From: Candidatus Zixiibacteriota bacterium
GTDB lineage: Bacteria > Zixibacteria > MSB-5A5 > GN15 > FEB-12
DNA: 17,303 nt
Reading direction: 5' to 3'
Assembly: GCA_041742355.1 (NCBI GenBank)
Contig: JBGSIV010000009.1
Span: 1-17,303 of the forward strand
Shown here one piece after another: positions 6,503 to 15,297 of this stretch. The notes beneath the pieces are model-generated. The model did not search any database and had not been told where the DNA came from. It saw only the letters and a list, made by a program, of their open reading frames with translations. The position numbers were made by a program, and so were the translations under genes. Every line of letters starts with the position of its first letter. Within the stretch, counting starts at the first letter, position 1.

Positions 6503-7380
6503 TCAGCCTCCCGCATCGCCTGCACGACCCGAAGCGCCTCGACCGTTTGGGCGACATCGTGCACCCGCACGAGATCCGCGCCGTTCATCACCGCCGCCAC
6601 GGCCGCGGCAATCGACCCGCCCAGCCGTTCATCGGGCGCCTTGCCGCTCGGATGGACCATCGCGATGAACCGCTTCCGCGACGCTCCCACCATGAGCGGA
6701 AAGCCGATAGCCCGCAATTTCCGGAGATGGGCCAGGATCTCCAGGTTATCTGTCAGCCGCTTGCCGAACCCGATCCCCGGATCGAGGATGATCCGCGTCT
6801 CCTGTATTCCCTGCGCGGCGGCATACGCCACCCGATCCCGGAAGAACAGTCCGATCTCCTCGACACAATTGTCGTACTGCGGGTCGTTTTGCATCGTCCT
6901 TGGCGTTCCGAGCATGTGCATGAGCACTACCGGAACGCCCCGTTCGGCCACTAACGGCGCCATGGCCGGGTCCGACCGGAGCGCCGAGATGTCATTCACC
7001 ATGCTCGCCCCGGCGTCCAGAGCCGCCCGGGCGGTCACGGCGTGGTAGGTGTCGATGGAGATCGGGATGTTCGATGCCCGCCGAATTCCTTCGACAACCG
7101 GCACTGCCCGGCGCATCTCTTCTTCAGCCTCAATAGGTATCGCCCCCGGGCGCGTCGACTCCCCGCCGACATCGATGATCGCCGCCCCCTCCCCCTCCAT
7201 TTCCAACGCCCGGCCAATGGCCAGGGCCCGCGAGGTATACCGTCCGCCGTCGGAAAACGAGTCCGGCGTGACATTAAGCGTTCCCATTACCAGCGGAGAC
7301 GCCAATGAAAGCGTGCGTCCGCCCGGCAATCGGAGCACCGCCCGGCGCTCCTGTTTATCGGTATCAGCGTGTTTGGTCAT
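6499..7380 (-). CDS. folP: Dihydropteroate synthase (293 aa)
   Basis: MGTLNVTPDSFSDGG, IDVGGESTRPG, LDPGIGFGK, GASRKRF, RVHDV; start set at the ATG at 7380 with GAGG SD. Confidence 0.96.
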   Translation of the reverse strand: MTKHADTDKQERRAVLRLPGGRTLSLASPLVMGTLNVTPDSFSDGGRYTSRALAIGRALEMEGEGAAIIDVGGESTRPGAIPIEAEEEMRRAVPVVEGIRRASNIPISIDTYHAVTARAALDAGASMVNDISALRSDPAMAPLVAERGVPVVLMHMLGTPRTMQNDPQYDNCVEEIGLFFRDRVAYAAAQGIQETRIILDPGIGFGKRLTDNLEILAHLRKLRAIGFPLMVGASRKRFIAMVHPSGKAPDERLGGSIAAAVAAVMNGADLVRVHDVAQTVEALRVVQAMREAE

Positions 7381-7400
7381 TCCGGCATCCTCGTCCCGCA

Positions 7401-7430
7401 TATATAACGCCCCTCTGTCGACAAGTGCAA
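7401..7430 (-). promoter_or_regulatory. Putative promoter of folP-cdaA
   Basis: Minus strand TTGCAC-18 bp-TATATA, 20 nt upstream of the folP ATG. Confidence 0.45.
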
Positions 7431-7526
7431 GGATGAAATCGGATTCGACCGCGCTCACCACGTGCCTGCCTGCCGGTGGAACGATTGCGCGGCCGGTCAG
7501 GTTAAACACGCAGGAGGTGGGCACCG

Positions 7527-7883
7527 ATGACCATGATCAGACTCAAGCGGGCCGATGACGCGCCGCAGCCGCAGGATGGATACCGGATCCTTGTCGACAG
7601 CCTCTGGCCGCGTGGTCTCATGGATGAAGACACACATGTCAACGAGTGGCTCAAGGATGCCGCACCGTCGACGCGGCTGCGGTCGCGGTTCAAACACGAG
7701 CCGGAGAAGTGGGATGAATTCCGCAGAAGGTATGTGGGGGAGTTGAGGAACAAGACCGAGGTTGCCGAGCACCTACGCTCCATCCTGGATGACCACGCCA
7801 CCGTGACCCTTGTCTACGGCGGGCGGGCCAGGCGGCACACGAGCGCCGAGATTCTCAAGGTGTACATTCAGACGGAGCTGTAG
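7527..7883 (+). CDS. DUF488/YeaO-family protein (118 aa)
   Basis: IRLKR...DGYRILVDSLWPRGL...WLKDAAPSTRLR..F.H.PEKWDEFRRRY..EL...VTLVYG; SD AGGAGG at 7512-7517. Confidence 0.88.
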   Translation: MTMIRLKRADDAPQPQDGYRILVDSLWPRGLMDEDTHVNEWLKDAAPSTRLRSRFKHEPEKWDEFRRRYVGELRNKTEVAEHLRSILDDHATVTLVYGGRARRHTSAEILKVYIQTEL

Positions 7884-7909
7884 TGTTCGAGCGCCCCGGC
7901 ATAACAAGC

Positions 7910-7948
7910 AAGAAGGGCAGAGACTTCGTGAGCCTCTGCCCTTCTTTG
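7910..7948. terminator. Bidirectional intrinsic terminator
   Basis: AAGAAGGGCAGAG-11 nt-CTCTGCCCTTCTT, a perfect 13-bp inverted repeat between convergent genes. Confidence 0.8.
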
Positions 7949-7965
7949 CGCCCGGATTATTCTTG

Positions 7966-8577
7966 TTACCGTTGTTCGGCCGCCGCTCCCATGAGCGTCT
8001 CGATCGACTTCTCATCGAAGAACACGATCAGCGTCCCCATGATGAAGAAGTCATTGACGCTGAAGTGCGCGCTCCCTGAGACGGCATAGGTCTTTCGCCC
8101 CTGATCTCCTCCCGTTCCGAGGAACGGCGCGAGGCAGTCTTCGAGCGTCCCCCGGCGAAAGACCGGCAGGCCGAAGTCGAACGGATCGCAGAACACCTTC
8201 GACCAGGCTCCCACGAGGCTGTTGACCACGATATTCCCGATTTCGGTGATCGCCTCGTCCCGCATCGTCGCCGGATCGCCGTCATCGCCGATCTGCTGCA
8301 GTAGGCGGTGGACAATGAGGTTCCCCGAAAACCCGTTGATCACCAGAGCGGCATCGCCGCCAAGCACGCCGGTGAACCCCTGACTGACCGCGATAATGTC
8401 ATCTCCGCGCAGCGCGGTGAGGGTCGGCAGCACATCCTGCGAGCGGCAGATTTCGATATCAGGAACCTCCAGCACCACCCTGGCGCCGACCAGTTCGCTG
8501 ACCACCGATCCGGCCCGCCCGACACCTATATTGAGCAGTTCGGCAATAAATTCCTTGCGCGCATCGTCAACGATCAC
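7966..8577 (-). CDS. cheC: CheC-family phosphatase-like protein (203 aa)
   Basis: Two E-x-x-N sites (AELLNIGVGRA, TEIGNIVVNS); the GTG start at 8577 overlaps the upstream TGA (GTGA) and has a GGAGG SD. Confidence 0.85.
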   Translation of the reverse strand: MIVDDARKEFIAELLNIGVGRAGSVVSELVGARVVLEVPDIEICRSQDVLPTLTALRGDDIIAVSQGFTGVLGGDAALVINGFSGNLIVHRLLQQIGDDGDPATMRDEAITEIGNIVVNSLVGAWSKVFCDPFDFGLPVFRRGTLEDCLAPFLGTGGDQGRKTYAVSGSAHFSVNDFFIMGTLIVFFDEKSIETLMGAAAEQR

Positions 8578-8951
8578 GGCTTTCCTCCATCTTCCGCCGG
8601 CAGGCATGCAGACAGGGCCTGCTCCAGTTCGGTCGGCTTGAATGGTTTGTTCAAGAAGGCCGCGGCTCCGAGTTCGGTGCACAGCTTTCGGGTATCGTCC
8701 TGTATGTTGGCCGTAATCACGATCACCGGGATCGGGGTCTCCCCCGACTTCAGATTCCCCAAAAACGCGATACCGTCCATCTCAGGCATGTTCAGGTCGA
8801 CGGTAATGCAGTCCGGCCTCTCGGCGCCGGCGACCCTGAGTCCCTCCAAGCCATTGACCGCCTCGATCGTCTCGTGACCGAGCGCCGTCAACGTACGGGT
8901 GATCCACCGCCGTTGAAAGCCGGAATCATCGATGACCAATACTTTCGCCAC
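8574..8951 (-). CDS. Single-domain response regulator, CheY-like (125 aa)
   Basis: KVLVIDDS, TVDLNMPEMDG (phospho-acceptor Asp), VITAN, NKPF; GTG start with GGAGAG SD. Confidence 0.92.
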   Translation of the reverse strand: MAKVLVIDDSGFQRRWITRTLTALGHETIEAVNGLEGLRVAGAERPDCITVDLNMPEMDGIAFLGNLKSGETPIPVIVITANIQDDTRKLCTELGAAAFLNKPFKPTELEQALSACLPAEDGGKP

Positions 8952-9222
8952 TGCGTCTCTCCACTTGTTGGCGACCCGCCGTTTCCTGTGTTGCGGCCTG
9001 TCCGATCCGGCACTTTCCGGGCCGGCGGCGCGCTTAACCAGGCATATTAGACAGGTCGCGATCTCTCTCTCGAAGCACTGGCTGAAACGGCTGTCCAGGG
9101 GGCGGCAGACGTTCCCCTACGCTCTTGATCGGTAGAAACCTGCTCGGGATTTAGGGGGCGACAGGAGGAATGGAGTACTTGACCGTCAAATATGCGGGCG
9201 GTTCGGAATGTCTCGGCAGCCG

Positions 9223-9783
9223 TCAGCCCGCCCGCTCCATGAGCGTCAGGGCCTCGTTCCGGGTGGCAATTCGCCGCATCATCCCGCGGACTGCCGACGT
9301 GACTATCTTGCTGCCCGGCTTCTTGATTCCCCGCATGGTCAGGCAAAGGTGTTCGGCTTCCACCACGATCAGAACCCCCTTCGGAGAGATCGCCTGAAGC
9401 ATGGCGTCCGCAATGTCCGTCGTCATCCGTTCCTGGACCTGCAGCCGCCGGGCGAGGATTTCCACCACCCGGACCATGTTCGAAAACCCGGCCACTTTGT
9501 CGTTCTGGGGAATATAGGCGATGTGCACCTTCCCGAAGAAAGGCAGGAGGTGGTGTTCGCACAGTGAGTAGAACGAGATGTCCTTCAGGATGATCATCTC
9601 GTCCTTATTGGATGTCGTATATCGGGCGAGCTCCTGGGTGGGGTCTTCGGCATACCCGGCCAGGGCCTCCTCAAGGTACTCGGCCATCCGTTCCGGGGTC
9701 CGCACCAGTCCTTCCCGGTTCAGATCCTCGCCGATTCCCTCCAGGATCAACTTGACCCCGGCTATGATTTTGCTTCGATCCAA
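9223..9783 (-). CDS. folE: GTP cyclohydrolase I (about 186 aa)
   Basis: GEDLNREGL.RTPERMA, SLCEHHLLPFFGK.HIAY, RRLQVQER, EAEHLC..MRG; start is TTG at 9783 (alternative GTG at 9804). Confidence 0.94.
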   Translation of the reverse strand: MDRSKIIAGVKLILEGIGEDLNREGLVRTPERMAEYLEEALAGYAEDPTQELARYTTSNKDEMIILKDISFYSLCEHHLLPFFGKVHIAYIPQNDKVAGFSNMVRVVEILARRLQVQERMTTDIADAMLQAISPKGVLIVVEAEHLCLTMRGIKKPGSKIVTSAVRGMMRRIATRNEALTLMERAG

Positions 9784-9820
9784 GGTGCGCTGCCTCTGCT
9801 GCACGGCGTGCCGCCGGCGT

Positions 9821-11791
9821 CTACATTTCCGGCGTCGGCGTGGGCCGCGGCGATATGACTTCTTCGTCTTTGCCGGGGGTCCGGCCGATGATCTCATCGA
9901 CCTCGCGGCTGTCAACTGCCTCTTTTTCCAGGAGGCGCTGGGCCAAGTCATGCAGCTTGTCCAGCTGCTTGGTCAGGATCTCATGCGCCGTCGTCTCGGC
10001 GGTCTCGATGAACCGGCGCATTTCCTGGTCGATCAGTTCGGCCGTCGCCTCGGAGTAGTCCTTGGTCTGGGCCATTTCGCGGCCGAGGAATATGTGGTCC
10101 TCGGAGCGGCCAAACGTCACCGGCCCGACCCGATCGGACATACCCCAGTTGCAGACCATCCGGCGCGCCAGCTTCGTGGCCCGCTCGAGGTCGTTTCCGG
10201 CGCCCGTGTCGAGCTGGTTGAATACGATCAGTTCGGCTACCCGGCCGCCCATGAGCACCGCCAGAGTCGACTCGAGGTAGTCCCGGGAATGGGTGTGCCG
10301 CTCGTCGACCGGCAGCGACTGGGTCACCCCGAGCGCCATTCCGCGCGGCACGATCGTCACTTTGTGAATCGGATCAGCCTTGGGGAGGAACTTGGCCACC
10401 AGCGTGTGCCCGGCCTCGTGGTAGGCGATCACCTTTTTCTCGGAATCCGAGATCACCAGCGACCGCCGCGCTGATCCCATGAGCACCTTATCCTTGGCTT
10501 CCTCGAAGTCCTCCATGTCCACGGCATCCTTGTTCTTGCGCGAGGCCAGCAGCGCCGCCTCGTTGACCACGTTGGCCAGGTCGGCGCCCGACATGCCGGG
10601 CGTTCCACGTGCGAGGACCTCGAAGTCAACCTCCTCGGAGAGCTTCACTTTCCGGGCGTGAACCCGGAGGATCCCTTCGCGCCCCTTGACATCGGGATTA
10701 GGCACTACGATCTGGCGGTCGAACCGTCCCGGCCGCAGGAGGGCCGGATCGAGCACATCGGGACGGTTCGTGGCGGCAATGAGGATCACGCCTTCATTGG
10801 ACTCAAACCCGTCCATTTCGACCAATAGCTGATTCAGCGTCTGTTCGCGTTCATCGTGGCCGCCACCCAGGCCCGCACCCCGGTGCCGCCCGACAGCGTC
10901 AATCTCATCGATGAAGATGATGCACGGGGCATTCTTCTTTCCCTGCTCGAACAGGTCGCGCACGCGGCTCGCGCCCACGCCGACAAACATCTCGACAAAA
11001 TCAGAGCCCGACATGCTGAAGAACGGCACCCCGGCCTCACCGGCAATTGCCCGGGCCAGGAGTGTTTTCCCCGTTCCGGGGGGGCCCAGAAGGAGCGCAC
11101 CTTTGGGTATTTTTCCGCCGAGCCTCTGGAACTTGCCCGGCTCCTTGAGAAAGTCGATGATCTCGACCAGCTCTTCCTTGGCTTCCACCACCCCGGCGAC
11201 ATCCTTGAATGTCACCTTTGGGCGCTCATCGGTCAGCAGCTTGGCCTTGCTTTTTCCGAAGGAGAACAACCCTTTGGGGCCGGAGGCTCCCTGCATCTGG
11301 CGGATGAAGAACAGCCACACCAGAACGATGATAATCCACGGCGCTGCCGCCAGAATGTATCCCAGCATGGCGCTGTCGGTCTCGGCGATAATCCGGACAT
11401 TCTGTCCCTGGAGCTGGTTCACCAGCTCATAGTTGTAGTCCGGGAACGGAATGCGCGTTTTGAACTTCGCCACCGCCTGGGTCCGCTGTGCCGACTCAAA
11501 CGACGCCGGCTCCCGCAGCAGCCCCTGCAACTCACGATCCTTGAACGTGACTTCGGCGATATTGCCGTTGTTGAGCTGGGCGATGAACTCCGAGTAAGTT
11601 ATTTCGGCCTGATCGCTCGTGAACGAACTCATGTACGAGTAGATGACTATCACTGCGAGCGCGAGCGCGATCCAGAACATAAGTGATCGCCCGGCGCCGC
11701 GAAACCCGGGCGACTGGCGCGAGCCGTCCGGTTTGGTGTCTCTCCCCGGCTGCCGGGGAGGGAGCATGCCTTTTTTCTCAAAATTCGACAC
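9821..11791 (-). CDS. ftsH: ATP-dependent zinc metalloprotease FtsH (656 aa)
   Basis: Two TM segments, Walker A GPPGTGKT, Walker [38 protein letters not shown] start with GGAG SD. Confidence 0.98.
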   Translation of the reverse strand: MSNFEKKGMLPPRQPGRDTKPDGSRQSPGFRGAGRSLMFWIALALAVIVIYSYMSSFTSDQAEITYSEFIAQLNNGNIAEVTFKDRELQGLLREPASFESAQRTQAVAKFKTRIPFPDYNYELVNQLQGQNVRIIAETDSAMLGYILAAAPWIIIVLVWLFFIRQMQGASGPKGLFSFGKSKAKLLTDERPKVTFKDVAGVVEAKEELVEIIDFLKEPGKFQRLGGKIPKGALLLGPPGTGKTLLARAIAGEAGVPFFSMSGSDFVEMFVGVGASRVRDLFEQGKKNAPCIIFIDEIDAVGRHRGAGLGGGHDEREQTLNQLLVEMDGFESNEGVILIAATNRPDVLDPALLRPGRFDRQIVVPNPDVKGREGILRVHARKVKLSEEVDFEVLARGTPGMSGADLANVVNEAALLASRKNKDAVDMEDFEEAKDKVLMGSARRSLVISDSEKKVIAYHEAGHTLVAKFLPKADPIHKVTIVPRGMALGVTQSLPVDERHTHSRDYLESTLAVLMGGRVAELIVFNQLDTGAGNDLERATKLARRMVCNWGMSDRVGPVTFGRSEDHIFLGREMAQTKDYSEATAELIDQEMRRFIETAETTAHEILTKQLDKLHDLAQRLLEKEAVDSREVDEIIGRTPGKDEEVISPRPTPTPEM

Positions 11792-11890
11792 GTATACTCC
11801 GCTAAGATGTTACAAAACCACGCACCACTGCCTCTTATACGCACAAGCCGCCGCCGAATTCACGGCCGGGCCGCCGCACCTCACCCGCCG

Positions 11891-12442
11891 TCAATCCTCG
11901 AGCATTCGTCCGATAAACGGAAGGTTCCGGTACCGCTGCGTATTGTCCAGACCGAATCCGATCACGAATTCGTTCCCCAGCGAGAAACCGACATACTTCA
12001 GATTCAGTTTCCGCCGGTGGCTGGCCGGTTTGTCTATTAGGGTAACAACCTCTACCGAAGCCGGTTCCACGACCGCCAGCTCTTTCGCGATGGCGGTGAC
12101 CGTCCGGCCGGAATCCACGACTCCTTCGACAATCAGGATGTGCCGGCCTCGAAGTCCCTGACCGAAAACCCGGTCCAGTTTGACATCATCGTCCGGTTTC
12201 ATCCCCGTCCGGTAGGATTCGGCCGCGATAAACTCAATCTCGAGCGGCAGTTTGATCGCCCGCATGAGATCCGCAATGAAGATGACACAGCCCTTCAGCA
12301 CTCCGATCAGCACGGGTGTCCGTCCCGCGTAGTCGTTGGTGATCTGATGGCCCAGCTCGGTTACTCGCCGGGCGATGGCATCCTGAGCCAGAAGCAGCTC
12401 AAACGGCTTCGGCTTCGTCTGGTGGTCTCTCGCTGCACTCAA
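11891..12442 (-). CDS. hpt: Hypoxanthine phosphoribosyltransferase family protein (183 aa)
   Basis: IGVLKG..IF.ADL.R, SY loop, ILIVEGVVDSGRT, FVIGFGLD...YRNLP; lies between tilS and ftsH; the TTG start overlaps the tilS 3' end by 44 bp. Confidence 0.9.
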   Translation of the reverse strand: MSAARDHQTKPKPFELLLAQDAIARRVTELGHQITNDYAGRTPVLIGVLKGCVIFIADLMRAIKLPLEIEFIAAESYRTGMKPDDDVKLDRVFGQGLRGRHILIVEGVVDSGRTVTAIAKELAVVEPASVEVVTLIDKPASHRRKLNLKYVGFSLGNEFVIGFGLDNTQRYRNLPFIGRMLED

Positions 12443-13796
12443 CGGTCAATACCTTTCTCGTTGCCGCATCTATCTTTACACGATCCGACAGTTCAAATCC
12501 TACTAACCAGACAATCCCCGCGCCGTCACACACCACCGGGATCTCATCCCGATACACCGCCGGCACCTTCCGGTCGGTCAGGTAGTCTCCGACCTTCTTG
12601 GTGCCGCGCATCCCCAGGGGCCGAAACCGATCCCCCGGTTCGATATTGCGCACTATCAGGGGCAATATCACTCGCTCCGGATCCATCAGCACTTTGAGCG
12701 CCCGACGGCGTCGCGATACCGCAGTTGTCCGTCGCGCTGTAGTGCGCACCGCAAAACTCAGCCGGGGCCACGATAGAGTGGTGATTTCTCCGACGGGCAA
12801 AGTCTCGAGGTACGTTTTTCTCTCCGGTCTGTAGACCACCAATGTACTGTCGACCCGAACCGCGCGAACTCCCCCGGGGAGGGACATTCCCGGCTGCTGC
12901 ATCGCGAGCGCCTGATCAAGCCGTTCGAGCACTTCTTTATCCGGCGCCGTCCCACCAATAGAACTCGCTGAAATACAATATCTTAATAGACGGCGACGAA
13001 TCCATCTATCATACCGCATGAGCTTCTGCAAATCAAGCTCAAATTTACCTCCGGCGGTTTGCGAGACGATCCGCCTCTGTGCATCCGCCGCAACGTCCGC
13101 CAGGTATTCTTCTTCATCGGCAACATTGTCGGCCAGATCAACTAACGCGCGCCGAACCGCCGGGTTCACCTCTTTTTCCAGCAGCGGGATCAGTCGGTGC
13201 CGCAGGTAGTTGCGTCGGAACCGTCGGTCGCGATTCGAAGAGTCCTCGCAGAAAGTCAACTGGCGCCGGCTCAAATACGCAAGGATCTCCTCCCGCGTCA
13301 CTTCCAGCAGCGGTCGAATGATTCGGCCACGCCGGGCCGGTATTCCGGCTAGCCCGCGGTTGCCTGTTCCCCGCAGCACCCGGAAGAGCACAGTCTCGGC
13401 CTGGTCATCCGCCTGGTGACCGAGAGCGATCCGGTGATATCCGCCCTCCCGGGCAATCCGCCCCAGCGTCGCATGTCGATACTCGCGCGCGGTCTCTTCG
13501 AGACCAAGGCGACACTTCTCGGCCAGGGCAGGAATGTCCACGCGGTCGATGTGAAGTACGACTTTGAGTCGCTCGCACAAGGCGGCACAGAATTTCTCTT
13601 CCCGTCTGGCTGCGGCCGGTCGTATCCCGTGGTTGATGTAGACCGCGCCGAGGGTCAGCCCGAACTCCTCCCGTAACTCGGAGAGCACGTGCAGCAGTGC
13701 CACCGAGTCCGGCCCGCCGGAAAGGGCCACCAGCACCCGGTCGGCTCGTTCCAGCAGACGGTGTCGGCTGATTGTCTGTCGCACCTGATCCAACAT
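12399..13796 (-). CDS. tilS: tRNA(Ile)-lysidine synthase (465 aa)
   Basis: PP-loop VALSGGPDS, EETAREYR, GHQADDQAET, IRPLL, EDSSN...RRNYLR, C-terminal GDRFRPLGM..TKKV domain; ATG at 13796. Confidence 0.96.
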   Translation of the reverse strand: MLDQVRQTISRHRLLERADRVLVALSGGPDSVALLHVLSELREEFGLTLGAVYINHGIRPAAARREEKFCAALCERLKVVLHIDRVDIPALAEKCRLGLEETAREYRHATLGRIAREGGYHRIALGHQADDQAETVLFRVLRGTGNRGLAGIPARRGRIIRPLLEVTREEILAYLSRRQLTFCEDSSNRDRRFRRNYLRHRLIPLLEKEVNPAVRRALVDLADNVADEEEYLADVAADAQRRIVSQTAGGKFELDLQKLMRYDRWIRRRLLRYCISASSIGGTAPDKEVLERLDQALAMQQPGMSLPGGVRAVRVDSTLVVYRPERKTYLETLPVGEITTLSWPRLSFAVRTTARRTTAVSRRRRALKVLMDPERVILPLIVRNIEPGDRFRPLGMRGTKKVGDYLTDRKVPAVYRDEIPVVCDGAGIVWLVGFELSDRVKIDAATRKVLTVECSERPPDEAEAV

Positions 13797-13858
13797 GCCC
13801 TCTGAAGATATGCGCCTGTAGTCAAAGGTCGAGTGAAATCTTAGCCTCAAATCAAACC

Positions 13859-13887
13859 TTGACTCCCGTCTCCGGTCCCGAGATATT
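13859..13887 (+). promoter_or_regulatory. Putative sigma70 promoter of ktrB-ktrA (leaderless geometry)
   Basis: TTGACT-17 bp-GATATT ending 7 nt before the ATG at 13895, with no SD. Confidence 0.55.
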
Positions 13888-13894
13888 CGCCTCC

Positions 13895-15244
13895 ATGGAA
13901 TTCATTGGAGGCGACCCGGGCCGCAAGGTGATGGCTTACTTCCTGATGGCCATCATCGTCGGCGGCATCGTCCTGAGTCTGCCGATCAGCCACGGGAATC
14001 GGTCGGTTGCCCCCCTCGATGCGCTGTTCACGGCCACTTCGGCGGTTTGCGTCACCGGTCTGGTCGTGGTTGATACCGGGCAGGACTTCTCATTTTTCGG
14101 GCAGGTGGTCATCCTCACGCTCATTCAGCTCGGTGGCCTGGGCATTATGACCTTCGCCACCGTTCTGGTCATCATGGCCGGATCCCGGCTCGCATTTCGT
14201 GATCGTATCGGCGTGACATCATCACTCGGTGCCGGCGCCCCCGTGCGGGCGGAGTCGCTCCTCGGAGCGGTTATGCTCGTGACCTTCGTCATCGAGGCAA
14301 TCGGCGCCCTGATTCTCTTTCTGCTCTTTGTCCGCGACTTCCCACCGGGGCTGGCGGCATGGCACGCAATCTTCCACTCTATCAGCGCTTTTTGCAATGC
14401 CGGATTCTCCACCTTTCCGACCAACTTTGAGGGGTACGCCGGCAGCACCCCCATGCTCCTGACCATCGCCCTCCTCATTATCGTCGGCGGGCTCGGTTTC
14501 ACCGTTATCGTGGAGATTTTCCACCGGGCGGCCGGACACTCCCATCGGATATCGCTCCACACGCGGATCTGCCTGTCGTCGACCGCCATACTCCTGGCCG
14601 CCGGATTCGTTGTTTTTTTCTTCACCGAGTACGACAACACGCTTCGCGACGGCAGCCTTGCCTTCAAGACTTCAAACGCCTTCTTCCAGTCGGTCGTCTG
14701 CCGCACGGCCGGTTTCAATTCCATTCCGCAGGGGAGTCTCAGTGAGGTGGGCGTGATGATGGCCATGATTCTGATGTTCATCGGCGGCTGCCCGGGTTCG
14801 ACCGCCGGCGGCATCAAGACGACGACCTTCACGCTCATAATTCTGACTGTGTGGAGCCGCTTCCGAGGACACCGCTCCCCGGCTGCATTTCACCGCACCA
14901 TCAGCCAGGAGTCTGTCATTCGCGCGGTCGCTGTCTTTATCCTCGCGACCTTTGTGATCGCGGCCGCCGTGGCCTTTCTTACTCTCGCCTGGGATCGCCC
15001 CCCCTTGCGCGCGGGATCCGTCAACGGCTGGCTCGCCGAAGGGCTCTTCGAGGTCATTTCCGCCTTCGGCACCGTCGGCCTGTCAATGGGAATCACCCCC
15101 CTGCTCAGTCCCATGGCGAAGATTGTCATTATTGGAACGATGTTCATCGGGCGCGTCGGCCTGCTCACCCTTGCGTTCGGCCTCGCCCGGCCGCCCATCC
15201 GGGGCGAACTCGTCTTTGCGGAAGAACCGGTGACCGTCGGTTGA
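13895..15244 (+). CDS. ktrB: Ktr/Trk potassium uptake membrane subunit (449 aa)
   Basis: Four pore-loop motifs SAVCVTGL, SAFCNAGF, CRTAGFN, SAFGTVGLS; GGCPGSTAGGIK; MFIGRVG; C-terminal V.VG. Confidence 0.93.
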   Translation: MEFIGGDPGRKVMAYFLMAIIVGGIVLSLPISHGNRSVAPLDALFTATSAVCVTGLVVVDTGQDFSFFGQVVILTLIQLGGLGIMTFATVLVIMAGSRLAFRDRIGVTSSLGAGAPVRAESLLGAVMLVTFVIEAIGALILFLLFVRDFPPGLAAWHAIFHSISAFCNAGFSTFPTNFEGYAGSTPMLLTIALLIIVGGLGFTVIVEIFHRAAGHSHRISLHTRICLSSTAILLAAGFVVFFFTEYDNTLRDGSLAFKTSNAFFQSVVCRTAGFNSIPQGSLSEVGVMMAMILMFIGGCPGSTAGGIKTTTFTLIILTVWSRFRGHRSPAAFHRTISQESVIRAVAVFILATFVIAAAVAFLTLAWDRPPLRAGSVNGWLAEGLFEVISAFGTVGLSMGITPLLSPMAKIVIIGTMFIGRVGLLTLAFGLARPPIRGELVFAEEPVTVG

Positions 15245-15297
15245 GCAACACTGCAGCACCGGATCAAACTGACCGATTGAAGTACAGGTGACAGCTT

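Noticed and set aside
9005..9040. Sigma28 promoter upstream of the cheY-like gene
   Set aside because: TTAAG and GCCGGATC are present on the minus strand, but the spacing and -10 do not fit TAAA-N15-GCCGATAA
9179..9189. TTGAC-C-GTCAA palindrome as an FNR/CRP-type site
   Set aside because: The spacing does not match TTGAT-N4-ATCAA, and the repeat is short enough to occur by chance
9170..9397. 75-aa plus-strand ORF preceded by AGGAGG
   Set aside because: Mostly antisense to folE, the SD is only 1 nt from the ATG and the product has no recognisable features
5897..14838. Numerous long antisense or alternative-frame ORFs over cdaA, folP, ftsH, tilS and ktrB
   Set aside because: Typical shadow ORFs of high-GC coding DNA that fully overlap well-supported genes
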